A model generated the notes under the pieces. The model searched no databases. It was not told the origin of the DNA and was given only the letters and a program-made list of their open reading frames with translations. Positions 26,465 to 41,865 of a stretch of 64,000 nucleotides of DNA are shown here, piece by piece (the stretch's first letter is position 1; the number at the start of each line of letters is the position of its first letter). This DNA is from the human T2T-CHM13v2.0 reference genome, Homo sapiens: assembly GCF_009914755.1 (NCBI RefSeq), contig NC_060944.1. The stretch is one strand, 5' to 3'. The position numbers and the translations under genes are program-made.

Positions 26465-26918
26465 CATTGTGTTTTCCAAAAACAGCTGTGTCTGTATCTC
26501 CCAGCCCACGTGTTCTTTTGCAATTGACTGTGCCACTCTCCCATCAAGAAGTGGGACTTAGTTTTCCACCCTTTGAATCTGGATGGGCCCTGTGACTGTT
26601 TTGACCAATAGAACAGTGAAAATGACATTGTACTAATTCCAGTGTGGGTGTTAACTGGCCAAGCAGCTTCCATTTCTTGTTTATTGGAATGCTGGCTCTT
26701 GGGACACTCCCTCTTAGAACCCAGCCACCATGCTGGAGACAGATCAGGTAAGCGTGCCGTTCAACAGCCCTAGCTAAGCTCCCAGCTGACTGCCAGCATT
26801 AGCCACCAATGTGGAGTGAGCAATGACCATGAGAATGAGTCATCTTGGATGTCCAGCCCAGTGGAGGCTTCAGAAGACTGCAGCTCTCACATCTGACTTA
26901 AAAACACATAAGAGATAC
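26465..26918 (+). mobile_element. MLT1-type LTR, 5' part (continues after the nested MLT2)
   Basis: CTCCCATCAAGAAGTGG...CCCTTTGAATCTGG...TTTGACCAATAGAA MLT1 motifs; resumes at about 27360-27460. Confidence 0.6.
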
Positions 26919-27266
26919 TGTGATGGTTAGTTTATGTATCAACTTGGCTAGGCTATGGTACCCAGTAACTTGCTGTGAAGGTATTTTATATATGTAGGTA
27001 ACAACTAAAATCAGTTGACTTTAAGTGTTAGAAATTATCCTCAGTAATGTGAATGGGCCTCATCTGATCAGTCGAAGGCCTTAAGAGCAAAAACGGAAGT
27101 TTCCTGGAGAAGAAATTCTGCCTCAAGACTGCCGCATCAACTCCTGCCTGCATCTCCAGCCTGCCAGCCTGTGCTACAGATTTCAGATTTGCCAATCCCT
27201 ACAATTACATGATCCAATTCCTTTAAGTATATATATATGGTATATCTATATACAGGGTATATGTAT

Positions 27267-27299
<33 letters not shown>

Positions 27300-27357
27300 T
27301 ATATATATATACCTATGTCTATAATTGGTTCTTTTTCTCTGGAGAACTCTGGCTGAA
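26919..27357 (+). mobile_element. MLT2-type ERVL LTR with internal (TA)/(CA) microsatellite
   Basis: TGTGATGGTTAGTTTATGTATCAACTTGGCTAGGCTATGG start; ATTGGTTCTTTTTCTCTGGAGAACTCTG end; microsatellite at about 27227-27310. Confidence 0.8.
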
Positions 27358-28379
27358 AAGGATCCAAGCCAAGAACCACCCAGGTGAGCCCAGTAAACCC
27401 ACAGAACCATAAAAGTAATAAAAAGCCATTGTTTATCACACAGCAATAGATAATGAGAATAATCAGAACAGGAAGTGACATTGTCCACTCTGCTTCTCTG
27501 TACCTCAGTTTCATCATCTCTGTAGTGAATATCTTGTCCTAGATTGACATTTTAGCTCTTTCGAACTTTCTTGCTCTCAAATTCCCAAGACTCATCAATG
27601 AGATGGACTATTCTGCTGTCATTAAATTGACAATGCATATTTTAACACCAAGCTGAAAATCAAATGAATAAAGATTTAAATACGATAAGATGGACAGATT
27701 ACTAAATTATAAAAATTGTGGCACTGAAGAGGTTATAAAGTTAATTAAATAGTCGGTAGGTTAAGGAAAAAGTGGTTTTATTCTTCTTTATTAAGTTGCT
27801 TAAATAACCCTGAAATATTTCTGTGGTTTTATGATGAGAGTTTTTATTGGCGCTTTTGTGAAATAATGGCAATGACCTTGGCTATGGGCTTTCTACAGAA
27901 CAAGAGGTAACACTTCTCATCAATGATGTCACCAAAATATTCTAGAAATCAGGTTGAATATCATAATAGAGAAAAAAACATGAGGTCCAATTATTTTCCT
28001 ACTCTTGGAATGCCCAGGTGCATTTTCTGAGACTTGAGGGGTCATGGGAATCTTTGTATTTCTTTTCCTTGCCCATAGCCGATAACTCTTTTCTTTCTGT
28101 TTTTTTTTTATTGCCCAAAGATAATGATGTCACAATTTCAACATGTTTATTAGAAATTTATTTCTATAGAGAAATTCAGCTCTGAAATATTCAAGGAAAC
28201 TTAAAACAGGGAAAAGAATGTTGGAGAAGGAATCCCATGGAGTGTTAGAGTGTGAAGTGGTAGAAAATTCCAACTTATTGCTATCTTCGTTGCTGTACAC
28301 ACCTTGCAATATCCAGTTGGCCTGAGGCTCTCACTTCATTTCATATTGTCACTTCTAGACCACAATTTCATTCCCTCTA

Positions 28380-28548
28380 TTTTTTTTTGTTTGTTCTGTT
28401 TTTAAGAGACAGGGTCTCACTATGTTGGCCAGGCTGAAGTGCAGGGGCTGTTCACAGGCACTATCATAGCACACTGCAGCACTGAACTCCTGGGCTCTGC
28501 AATTCTCCCAGGTAGCTGAGACTATAGGCACAGGCCACTGCACCTGGC
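28380..28548 (-). mobile_element. Alu monomer (FLAM/FRAM-like)
   Basis: T-rich tail, GAGACAGGGTCTCACTATGTTG...CCTGGCC; flanking CCCTCTA duplication. Confidence 0.85.
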
Positions 28549-28989
28549 CCCTCTACCTTCTATTTAAAATTCATCCCACTGACTTCAGGTTCTGCTTGGG
28601 GATAAAAGAGAGCTGGAAAGAGCATTGCTCTCATCTTACAGCAACAAAGGCCAGAAAGCCAGTAAGTATGTCTGTTGTTGAAGGCACCAGAGTACTAATA
28701 TCACAAGGTAACCAACTGGCCCAAGACTTAGGCTCAGGGTGAGACTTCCTGTGCATGCCCGAAGCCCTCCATCTGACAGCTTCTGAGTGTATCCACCGAG
28801 TTCTTCAGTGCAAATCTGGAGCATGGAGAGGAAGTTGAACAGTTCCCCTTTAAGCAAGGTAGTATATTCTAGTAGTCCTATAATAGGGCTTGAAATCAGT
28901 CTTAGTCCTCCAACATTCTTTCCACAATTCTTCTTTATAGAGTTGTTTTGGCTGTTAGAAACAGCTTGTCAATTTCTTTAAAAAAAAAA

Positions 28990-29325
28990 AACCTGCTGGG
29001 ATTTTGATAGGGAATTTGTAGAATTTATCAATCAATTTGGAGAGAATTGACGTCATAACAATATTGAGTGTCCTCACTCATATTTCTCTCCATTGATTTA
29101 GATCTTCTTTCATTTCTCTTAGCAATATTTGCAGTTTTCAGTGTGCAGTTCTGTCACATTTTTTGTCAGATTTGTCCCTAAATATTTCATGGTTTTCGAT
29201 GCTATTGTAAATGGTATTTAAAATTTTTCAGTTTCCTATTGTTTGTTGCTGGTATATAGAAATACAATTGAGTTTTATATATTGATCTTTTATCCTACAA
29301 CCTTGCTAAACTCACTTATTAGTTC
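28990..29325 (-). mobile_element. L1 ORF2 fragment
   Basis: GCTGGGATTTTGATAGGG...AATTTGGAGAGAATTGAC...TTGCTGGTATATAGAAATACAATTGA...TTGCTAAACTCACTTATTAGTTCT, antisense L1 ORF2 signature. Confidence 0.85.
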
Positions 29326-29909
29326 TCTGCAAGGCAGTAGAAACCAGAATGACACAGCCTGGTTTCCCTCCTCCCCATTATCCTAAGAGGACATTTGTCA
29401 TGCAGATGACCATAGGTTGCCCTCTACTTCTCTGTCTTCTGCCAGGCTTTGAACAGGAGAAGCAACCTCTCCAAGCCTCAGGATAATAATGCTCACCTTG
29501 CCGTGCTATAGTTAGGAGTAATAAGAACCTACATGTTGAAAGCCCAGCCAAGGCCTGAATCATAGCACTCAGTATATGTCAGTGTCCTTTGATTAATATT
29601 CTAAGTTCTCCATGGAAACTTCTTTTGTGCTCCCAAGTGCTAAATACCCTTTAGGTCCAAGTGTTCAAAGCATCCTCACTTGTTGGCCTATCATGATATG
29701 CTCCATTAAGGAACTAAAAACTATGTTTTTAGTTAATGCACATGCTGTTTCTAAATAGCTGATGCTGTTAGAGTTCATTTCTCCTTTCTTACCCTGCAGG
29801 TTACATAGTGTCTGTACAGTCCAGGACATCCTCCACCTCTCTGTTTGAGGGTGTTCTCTGGTGCTGGGACTTCTTGGGAGATTGCAAGCAAGACTGGAAA
29901 TACTAGAGT

Positions 29910-30582
<673 letters not shown>

Positions 30583-32136
30583 TTAATCTAAGGAGCAACC
30601 CTCCATCAATGAGTGGTGGGAGTGGATAGATTCAAAAGCCTACTTTCTCATCCCTCAGTCAAGATGATTCTGTTCTATCCTTCCATAGTCCCTTAGAGGT
30701 CCCCAGCTGAATTGAGTCACAGCTGTCCTCAGTGGTAACCTGCTCATTAAGGCCTCTTAAATCTGCTTCCTTCCTTTCTCTGTCTAATGGTCCCTGTCTC
30801 TCAACCACTTTCTGGGATAACCTCCAAAATAAACTAGTTGTGCCCTCCAACCTTGTCGTGGGATCTGCTTTGGGGAATCAAAAATAAGATAGGTCATTTG
30901 ACAAATGATCAAGGTAGTTAGTAGCAGAACTAGAATTAGAACCCAGGTCTTCTGGTTCTAGACTATGTTCTTTAGTTTTACCAGATGTGGGAGTAATGCA
31001 CTTGAAACAATGATAACACAGCATCCAGCAGTGTGTAATTGGACACTAATAGCCCAGCACTGGCTCCTCATGCCATGCTTGTATCCTAAGGCTGGTATTA
31101 GGAATTACTCTTCTGAGTGGGTTCAAGTAGCAACATAATCAGCAAATGAAGTGGCGACTGAGGTGCGGGTCACTGAAGCCAAGAAGGGATAATTTTTTAA
31201 AGATAATGAAATAGTAGTGATATGGGATATTTTAAAATCTCATGGGGGGAAGGGAGCCTACAGTAGTGGTGCACAGCTCTAAGTATGACTTAATGATGCA
31301 AGTTTTTAAAAGCCCAGAGGTACTGGTCAGCAGCATTTACTAGACCACGTGTTTCCATAAGCAAGGCACATGTACACATTTGACAAATGACTTATTAGTA
31401 GTGCTATAGTGTGGCGCTGCTGTGATGTACTAGAAAGATGCCTACCCCATGACATTTTATGTCAATTTTAAAAGTTAAATACAAGTTACTATATTAAATG
31501 CCATCACTGTCAATATCATAGTATATGAAATGAAAACAGTCTCATCAAAACAGGACTAGATAAATTGCATCATGTAAGATCCACAAAACAAAACTCTACA
31601 TAACTGTTTAAAAGGATGAGGCAGATCTATAGCTTTCCATATCCTGATACAGTAGGATCGCCAAGATATGTTCAGCAAAAACACAAGATGCAGAACGGTG
31701 TGTAAAGAGTGCTGCTATTTACATATTTTAAATGCTATAGGAGCTGGGTTCAGAAATGTAGAGGTGCTCAGATAGACAAAGATGTGCTTAGAATAACTCA
31801 GGAAGGCCAAGTAAGATACTGGTAACTCATTGCCTCCGGAAAAGGAAACTGGAAGGCTTGTGGCAGGAAGGAGAGGGACATTTTTTGCTGTCTTTTTCAC
31901 AGTTGAATTTCCTATGATGTATTGTTTCAAAAATATTATAATAATGAAAAAATATTTGAGAGCTGTCCTGGAAGCCAGCCACCAGAGAAAGAAACAAGAC
32001 CACTGACTGACACGGGATAATGTGGAAAGAAAGGCCCAGCCAACATCTATACCAAGGCTGCAGTACAAGAGTGAAGCCATCCTGGACATTGCAGCCTCAG
32101 CAAAGTTCCTGGTTGAATGTGCTTAATATGTGAACC

Positions 32137-32696
<560 letters not shown>

Positions 32697-33565
32697 ATGT
32701 GAACCAGGCCATCCAAATGAGCTCAGTCGGCCCACAGATTCATGTGATATAGTAAGTCATTTTGGTTTAAAGACACTAAAACCTACATGCACACATGAAG
32801 AAAGAAAGGAAAGAAAAATAGGAGAGAAAAAGAGAAGAAAAAATTGAATACAAAATCGTGACTTTTCCAAAGTAGAATTCTAACGTTAAGTATGAGACAT
32901 ATTTTGGGTGACCCTTGTTGCTGCTAAGTGGTAGCAGGTAGTTAACTGTGTACACACCACCATCCCTGAGTGGTGGTCTCCTATGATAGGGACCCAATGA
33001 TACAGTAGAAAACCCACAGATCTTGGAGAAAGGCTGGACTAGATTTAAATAGTCAGCAAGTTCCTTAACCCCCCGAGCCTCAATGAAACAGGGATAATAA
33101 CACACATTTTGCAGAGCTCTTGTGAGGCTTGAAGAAGTAGACTCCCACACATGATTCTATGGCTGAAAGAGAGTGGGTATACAATAATCATCGACTTTTT
33201 GAACCACCACCATCCCACCCCAACTGTATCAGTTACCTAATGCTGCCTACCAAATCATACCCAAGCTTAATGACTTAAAAGAATATGATAATTTGTTATC
33301 TCATGGTTTCTAGGGTCAGAATTCAAGAGCAGCTTGGCTGTTCAGTTCTCTCTTGAGATCCCTTGTGATGATGCAGTCAGATTTTGCCTAGAGCTGTAGT
33401 CCTCTGAAAATTAGACAGAGCTGGAGGGTTTAACTCCAGCTAAGTCTAATTGCCGACTTATCAGCACTCACATGGCTGGTACAACATCACACAGGTTGGC
33501 CCTGATACAGTGCAGGAGGGGACTACACAAGGGCATGAATTCCAGGGGAAGGAATATTGGAGGAC

Positions 33566-34335
33566 TATTATGGGCTGAGTCGTATCCCCTCAAAATTCAT
33601 GTTGAAGTCCTAACTCCCAGTACCTCGGAATGTGACTATGTTTGGAGATAGGCTCTCTACAGTGGTAATTAAGATTGTATTAGCCATTCTTACATTGCTA
33701 CAAAGAAATACCTATGGCTGGGTAATTTTAAGGAAAAGAGGTTTAACTGGCTTATGGTTCTGTAGGCTGTACAGGAAGCATGAGCATATGCTCAACTTCT
33801 CGGGAGGCCTCAGGAAACTTACAATCACATGGGAGGCAAAGAGGGAGCAGGATGGCATGTGGCCAGAATGGGAACAAGAGAGAGGGTAGGGAGGTGCCAT
33901 ATACTTTTAAACAACCACATTTTGTGAGAACTCATTCCTGTTGTGAAGACAGCACCCAGCCCCAAGCCATAAGGGATCTGCCCCTGTGATCCAATCATCT
34001 CCCAGCAGACTCCACCTCCAATATTGGGGATTACATCTTAACATGAGATTTGGGGGGTGAGGGCACAGATCCAAATCATGTCAAAGGCTAAATGAGGTCA
34101 TCGGGGTGAGCCCTAACCCAATATGACCTGTGTTCTTATAAGAGGAGATTGGGACACAGACACAGAGGGACATCATGTAGACACAGGGAGAAGACGACCA
34201 TCTATAAGCAAAAGAGAGAGGCCTCAGAAGAAATCAACCCTGCTGACACCTTGATTGCAGACTTCTACCTTCCAGAACTGTGAGAAAATTTATTTCTGTG
34301 GTTTACACCTTTCAATTTGTGGTACTTTATTATGG
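33566..34335 (+). mobile_element. MLT1-type LTR with a nested MST/THE1-type LTR (about 33677-34083, opposite orientation)
   Basis: TATGGGCTGAGT...CCCCTCAAAATTCATGTTGAAGTCCTAAC start and CTACAAACTAATACA end; the insert begins TGTATTAGCCATTC and ends CAAATCATGTCA. Confidence 0.8.
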
Positions 34336-34424
34336 TAGCCCTACAAACTAATACAGGGGCCATGATGGAAGCTGGCTTCTATATTGACCACCTTATTGCA
34401 TTAAAAATAATGGCTTCTTCAGAT

Positions 34425-34697
34425 ACAAAGCCACTTATTGTACAATTCTATTTATATGAAATTTCCTGGATAGATAAACCCACATAGAAAGTAGGTTAGT
34501 GGTAGCCAGGGACTGGGGGTACAGAGGAATGGGGAATGACTGCTAAGAGGTATAGGGTTTCTTTTTGGGGCAATGAAATGTTCTAGAATTAATAGTGTTG
34601 ATGGTTGTACAACTTTGTGAATATGCTAAAAATCACTAAATTTTACTCTTTCAAAGGATGGATTTCATCAAATGTGAACTATATCTCAATTTTTAAA
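34425..34697 (+). mobile_element. L1MB-type 3' end fragment
   Basis: GAAAGTAGGTTAGTGGTAGCCAGGGACTGGGG...GAAATGTTCTAGAATTA...GTACAACTTTGTGAATATGCTAAAAATCACT. Confidence 0.8.
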
Positions 34698-37004
34698 AAC
34701 ATCTTGTTGGCTTCTTATTGCTACACCCGACCATCATCCAGTATCTTTGGGGTGGTCTTCTGGCCTGGGTTCTGGTCCCAGAACTCAGCTGAGGAATGCT
34801 GAAGAAATATATGGCAGCCTTTATTCCTGAAGATGGCCTATAATCAAGTTGCGGTCATAGAACATGGCATTAAAATACTTGCAAAAAGATTCCAGTTTAA
34901 ATTCATTCCCAAAAAGTCCACCACTGGGAAGAAGCAATGCCCGCATAACACCTCCACAGGCCCACCCCAGCTTCCACTCCTGCAGCAGTGGCCCACCTTG
35001 GATATGACACAGCCTCTTGTGCCTCAGTTTCACTGCTCCAACAAACACCTGCCATTGTGAGAAGTAGCAGAACATAGTGGTTGAGAATTAGGGCTCTGGT
35101 ACTACATTTTATGGGTTATAACTCCACCCCTCCTTTGACGAGCCATGTGGCTTTGGTGGAGTGGCTTAACCTCAACATGCTCCAAATTCCTCATCTGGAA
35201 AACGGGGCCAATACATGTGAAGAGCCAGGCACAAAGTGAAGCTCCATCATATTAGCTATCGGATACTATTTACTGACACACATGCATGTGACCACACACG
35301 TACAATCTCTAACAAAATGAACCCATTTCCATTCCTCTTTGGTTACATTTAGAAGTCCTAGGAAATTCAGAATGCTTCCTTGTCCTCAGGGAGAGTTGGA
35401 ACCATTTGTTTATTGAGTGTTTTCTACGGGCCAGGCCTGTGCTAAGGACGTCTTAAATATTTATTTCATTTACTCCTTGCAATTACTTGATAAATAAAAA
35501 TGTTATTGCCCTCATTTTAGAAATGAGGAAAATGAGACATTCAAAATGTTGAGATGTGCTCAGAGCCACACAGTCACTAAGAGGCGGAGCTGGGACTGGA
35601 ACTCAAGTCTACTGATTCTGAAGCACATGATCTTTAGACAACATGGTGCTGCCTGCGTGTCATTGACTTCTACCCCTGAGGCTGATGGGCTGAGATCTCC
35701 TCAACTGCCAGGGTTGACACAAAAGGAGTAAAACGGAATCCCAGGTTGAGGTTCCCAACTTAATGTCACCTACTGAGTCATCAGTGATGAATTCAGGTGA
35801 CCAGAACCTGACCCTGCGTGGGCAGGTGACTGCAGAACCAGTAGAATTGATGAAAAGGACAGAGAGGAAGCTCAGGAAATGCCTCTGAGAGACAGAGATA
35901 AGTCATAAAATGCAGAATTTGGGCCATTACCTCTGACGACTTGCTTCACCTCCCAAAGGGATATTTTTCTTGTCTTCCTAAGAAGCAATGCTAGCTTGTG
36001 TTGGTTGAGGGATAATTCTACCAGGCATGATTCCAAGTGCATCACACAGATCACCACATTTAAGGCTCTCAATGACCCTGAGAGGAAGGCACTCTTACGA
36101 TCACCATTTCACAGATGAGGAATTGGAGGCACATCAAGGGTAAGTAATCTGCCCAGGGTCACACAGGTTGTAAGAGAAGTGATAGTATACTATGCAGAGG
36201 AGGCACCTGAGCCCAAATTCCCAACTCTTGTATCTGACTGCTTCTTGAGGACACAATGGCAAATGTTTGATGATTAAGTGAAGGGAGGTTATTTTGTGTA
36301 GCAGTCATCATTGAGGTGTGCCCCAGCAATGAATGAAGCCAACATTTTTACAAAGACTGTGAATAATTGCAGGCAATGAGAAGTGGAACATTCTACATGA
36401 GGTGCCCTGTCACCTTGTAAACATAAATACATAGTCATCAAATAAATGGTACTTATTATGCAAACCCTTTGGTTTTAACCTGCCTGCGAATTGTAAGAAC
36501 AGTCCTAGAGCGTCCCTTTGTTTCCAACCCTTGTAGTTAGGAGTACTTGTTGAACCCTGATGAGAAGTGCATCCAAGTGGCAAACAATTAAGAAATTCAC
36601 CAAATGATTTTTGAGGAGAATCTTGGCATTCAAAGATTGTTCACATGTGACATCAGCACAGCCTGTCACTCATGCACCCAGGGCTGCAGGGCTGCAGAGC
36701 TGCTCCTGCCTGGTACACCACGCCACAGGCCAGTCCTGCAGGGAGAAAAGAGTGCAAAGATTTGGTGTTTCAAGTCTCTCTCCTCTGAGGATTCCTCTTT
36801 GTCTACAAAGGGATAATCCTGGAGACCTCATGGAAGCCCAATTCAAGGACTTCAGTGGAAATCATAGGCATATAAGAGCTGTGAGACAGAGTGAGCCCAT
36901 CTCGTTTAAGTAGTGAGTCTCTAGCTAGAGGCAGTTAACTACTCTATTATTCCCTTTTTTGGCTGTTATTTAGCTTTTCTAGAACTCAAGTATTTTAGAG
37001 ACTC

Positions 37005-37006
<2 letters not shown>

Positions 37007-37039
<33 letters not shown>

Positions 37040-37313
37040 CAGGGTCTTACTCTGTCACTCAGGCTGGAGTGCAGTGGCGTCATCTCAGCATGAAACTTCA
37101 CCTCCTGGGTTCAAGCGATTCTCTTGCCTCAGCCTCCTGAGTAGTTGGGCTTACAGGCATGTGCCACCACGCCCAGTTCATTTTTTGTATTTTTCGTACA
37201 GACAGCGTTTCACCATGTTGTCCAGGCTGGTCTTAAATCCTGAGCTCAGGTAATCCTCCAGCCTCCACCTCCCAAAGTGCTAGGATTACAGGGGTGAGCC
37301 ACCGCGCCCAGCC
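37007..37313 (-). mobile_element. Full-length Alu
   Basis: Long poly-T followed by antisense Alu consensus ending CCCAGCC. Confidence 0.96.
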
Positions 37314-37412
37314 AGGACCCACATATTAATGGTTGGTTTATATGATATGAAATAAAATGAGGAAATCTATGTTTTTATTTTATTTATTGGAATCTGCACC
37401 CAATTCTTATTA

Positions 37413-37600
<188 letters not shown>

Positions 37601-37660
37601 AATTTAATTTAAAAAACAAATGCCTTTGAGCAAAGTGCTGTTAGTAACCTCATGTCTTCC

Positions 37661-37751
37661 TGTATTCATCAGGGTTCTTCAGAGAAACAGAACCAGTAGG
37701 ACACACACACACGCACACACACACACGTGTGTGTATATATATGTGTGTATG

Positions 37752-37820
<69 letters not shown>

Positions 37821-38082
37821 ATATATATGGAGAGAGAGAGATTTATTTTTAGGAAGTGGTTCATGAGATTGTGAGGGACTTCATTCTTTTCTCCTAAGGC
37901 CTTCAACTGACTGGATGAGGCCCATCCACATTTTGGAGAGCAGTCTACTTTCCTCAAAGCCTACTGCTTCAAATATTAACAACATCTAAAAAAAAAGTCT
38001 TCACAGTCATGTCTAGACTGGTGTTTGATAAAGCAACTGACCACCATGGCCTAGCCAAGTTGACACATAAAATAAATTCACA
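37661..38082 (-). mobile_element. MLT2-type LTR fragment with compound (CA)(TG)(TA)(GA) microsatellite at 37702-37840
   Basis: TGTATTCATCAGGGTTCTTCAGAGAAACAGAACCAGTAGG...GGCCTAGCCAAGTTGACACATAAAAT. Confidence 0.8.
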
Positions 38083-38114
38083 ATCACACCTCTCCTCTTG
38101 ATGACCATCACCTC

Positions 38115-38470
38115 TATATTAGTCCATTTCACACTGTTATAAAGATACTACCTGAGACTGGGTAATTTATAAACAAAAGATGTTTAATTGCTGCATGGCT
38201 GGGGAAGCCTCAGGAAACTTGCAATCATAGCGGAAGGGGAAGCAAGGCATGTCTTACATGGCAGCAGGCGAGAGAGAGAGACAGAGAGAGAGAGACAGAG
38301 AGAGAGCAAGCTCTCAGTGGAAACTGGCAGACACTTACCAAACAACCAGGTCTCATAAGAACTTCCTCACTACCACAAGAACAGCAATTACCTCCCACCA
38401 GGTCCTTTCCTCGACACAGGGGTATTACAATTCAAGATTTGGGTGGGGACACAGAACAAAACCATATCAA
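38115..38470 (-). mobile_element. THE1/MST-type LTR
   Basis: TATTAGTCCATTTCACACTGTTATAAAGATACTACCTGAGACTGGGTAATTTATAAA...GATTTGGGTGGGGACACAG...AAACCATATCA. Confidence 0.85.
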
Positions 38471-38599
38471 CCTCCCAGCAAGGATGGCATCTTACCTTCT
38501 ATTCTTATCTTTCCACTTCCCAGTGATTTATGTCCTCCCTCTCCCTGTTCCATGTTTATCCATCTTTCTACTTCATCTTTAGATCTGCATGGTTCAACA

Positions 38600-39100
<501 letters not shown>

Positions 39101-40149
39101 AGTCTCTCTGACTGGTTCTTTATTATAGCCTTGGCTTCATTATCTGGGACTTTGTCCTTGAGTGTTGGCTCTTAATATTACTGTTCCAGGTTTTTATTAC
39201 CATCTAGATAGTCACATAAATCCTCACTGAGAATTTTATGGAAAGATATTTTGATGCATTTGTGCAATTTCTGCATGGAATGCTTGTGTATTAGTCAGGA
39301 TAAGCAATGCCAGCTGCTGAGACAAACGACCTTAAAATATCAGTTTTTAATTGATTTATTTATTGATTTATTGCTCAGTTAAGATTGATTTATTGCTCAA
39401 GTCACAGTCCCCTGCTTATTGCAGTCAGTTACTTTTCTTCCAGGGCCTCAGAGTTCTCCAGTGGATTATTTGCACCTAGCCAGGCAACTAATGGAAACAG
39501 GAAGATTGTGCAGGATGTTTTGGGATCAGGCCTGGAAGTGGCTACATCACTTTTGCCCACATTTCACTAGTCAGACTTGGTCATGTAGATCCACCTAACG
39601 GCTAGCAAGGATGATAAATGCAGTCTTTCTGAGTTTTAAGAAGGAAATTAACCAGAATGGTGAACACATCATGCTGTATCACAGCATGTAGAAAAATGTA
39701 TTCTATGCATGCTATTCCCAATACGTGAACCGTGTATCTGTAAAAACCCTTCTGGGTCACATAGTATATATTTTACACATCTCATACAAGGAAAATAAAA
39801 AATATAGGTAGCTTCAAATGATGAGGATCAAGGCAAAGGATACATATATATATAGAGAGAATATATATAAGAGAGGATGGACTCTGGAATTGGAACAGGC
39901 CTGTGTCCAAATCCTACCACTCTTAATCCTACCACTACCATTGGTCTGACAATAACACAGTGATAGTGTGACCTTGGGCTAGTTGCTTCAACTTGTGGTG
40001 CCCTCAAAGGACTGTTGTAGATCTAAATGAGACTACAAATGCTTGCACCAGTGTACATGTCAGTGACAGAAGGAGTACATTTCAATGGCATACTCATATA
40101 TGGGACATCACAGCTTTCCCCCCACTTCCTACATTTGATTTGTCTCTAC

Positions 40150-40451
40150 TTTTTTATTTTGGTAGAGTCTTGCCCAGGCTGGCTGTTGCCCAGGCTGGAG
40201 TACAATGGCTCATAGCTCACTACAGTCTTGAATTCCTGGGCTCAAGAGATCATTCCACCTCAGCCTCCTGAGTAGCTGGGACTACAGGTGGGTGCCATCA
40301 TGGCTGGCTAATTAAAAAAAAAATTTTTTTTGTAGAGGGGGGAATCTCACTATGTTGCCCAGGTTGGTCTTGAACTCCTGGGATTAAGTGATCTTCCTAC
40401 CTTGGCCTCCTGAAGTGGTGGGATTATAGGTGTGAGCCACTTTACCCAGCC
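40150..40451 (-). mobile_element. Alu (AluJ-like)
   Basis: Antisense Alu with AluJ-type CTCATAGCTCACTACAG...CCTGGGCTCAAG. Confidence 0.92.
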
Positions 40452-40551
40452 TCATTTCTACTTCTAGATCAACTTTTCTAATGGGGTAGGAAGCAATGTC
40501 TTATATGTCTGCATAATGACTGCAAAATGAAATCTTGTCCTACTTTCATAT

Positions 40552-41015
40552 CTATCATGGATTGAAATGTGTCCCCTGCACAATACATATGTTGACGTTC
40601 TAACTCTCAGTACCTCAAAATGCAGTCTTCTTTGGAAACAGGGTCAATGCAGATGTAATTAGTTAAGATGAGATCATACTGGGGAAGGGTGGGCGTCTAA
40701 TCCAATATGATTGGTGCCTTCATAAAAAGGCAGAATTTGGAGACACATACACAGGTAGAACACCATGTGAACATGAAAGCAGAGGTCAAGATGATGTGTC
40801 TAGAAGCCAAGGAACACCAAAGATAGCCTGCAAACCACCAGCAGCCAGGAGAGAGGCATGCGGCAGATTCTTCCCCACAGCCCTCAGAAAGAACGAGCCA
40901 TGCAGATATCTTGATCTTCAATTTCTAGCCTCCAGACCTGAAACACAATAAATCATGTTGTTTAAGACACCTAGTTTGTGGAGCTTTCTTACAGCAGCCC
41001 TAGCAAATTAATATA
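40552..41015 (+). mobile_element. MLT1C/D-type LTR
   Basis: ATGGATTGAAATGTGTCCCC...AAGCCAAGGAACACCAAAGAT...ACAGCAGCCCTAGCAAATTAATATA. Confidence 0.85.
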
Positions 41016-41101
41016 ATATCCAAGCAGTTATTGACTAAATATACATGATTTAATTAAAAGCAGCATAGTGTGTACATTTTAAAATATAAAATGCTACTGC
41101 A

Positions 41102-41397
<296 letters not shown>

Positions 41398-41469
41398 TTT
41401 CTGCTGCATTGAGAGGCCGAGATGAATCAGAACAGGACTTGTTGGGTTTCCCACTCAATTAGTGTTAGA

Positions 41470-41722
41470 TCATGTCCCCTTTGTCCAATCACGCTTCTAC
41501 ACGACTGTCGATCATGCCTATCCAATAAAGTCCCCATAAAAGACCCAAGGGGACAGGGTTCAGGAAGCTTCTGAGCTGGCTGAACATGTGGAGGAGGTTC
41601 CTGGAGGGTGGTGTGCCCGTGGAGGGCATGGAACCTCTACACCCCTTCCCCCAGACCTCACCTTATGAATCTTTTCATCTGTATCTTTTGTGATATTCTT
41701 ATAATAAACTGGTAAATGTAAT
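41470..41722 (+). mobile_element. Truncated MER21-like LTR
   Basis: GTTCCTGGAGGGTGGTGTGCCC...GAGGGCATGGAA...CTTTATAATAAACTGGTAAATGTAA. Confidence 0.6.
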
Positions 41723-41810
41723 GTATATATACATATATATGGAAATATGTTGAAATTAGAATTTCCCAATATTAGAATATATGTACAATTCTAATTTCAA
41801 TATATTTTCC

Positions 41811-41865
41811 AGAATCAATTTTGTTTTTGAGCTACAAAAACAACAATTTCATTTGGTTCACCCAA
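41811..41865. mobile_element. Partial MADE2-like mariner MITE
   Basis: TGTTTTTGAGCTACAAAAACAACAATTTCATTTGGTTCACCCAA resembles the MADE2 right half and TIR. Confidence 0.55.
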
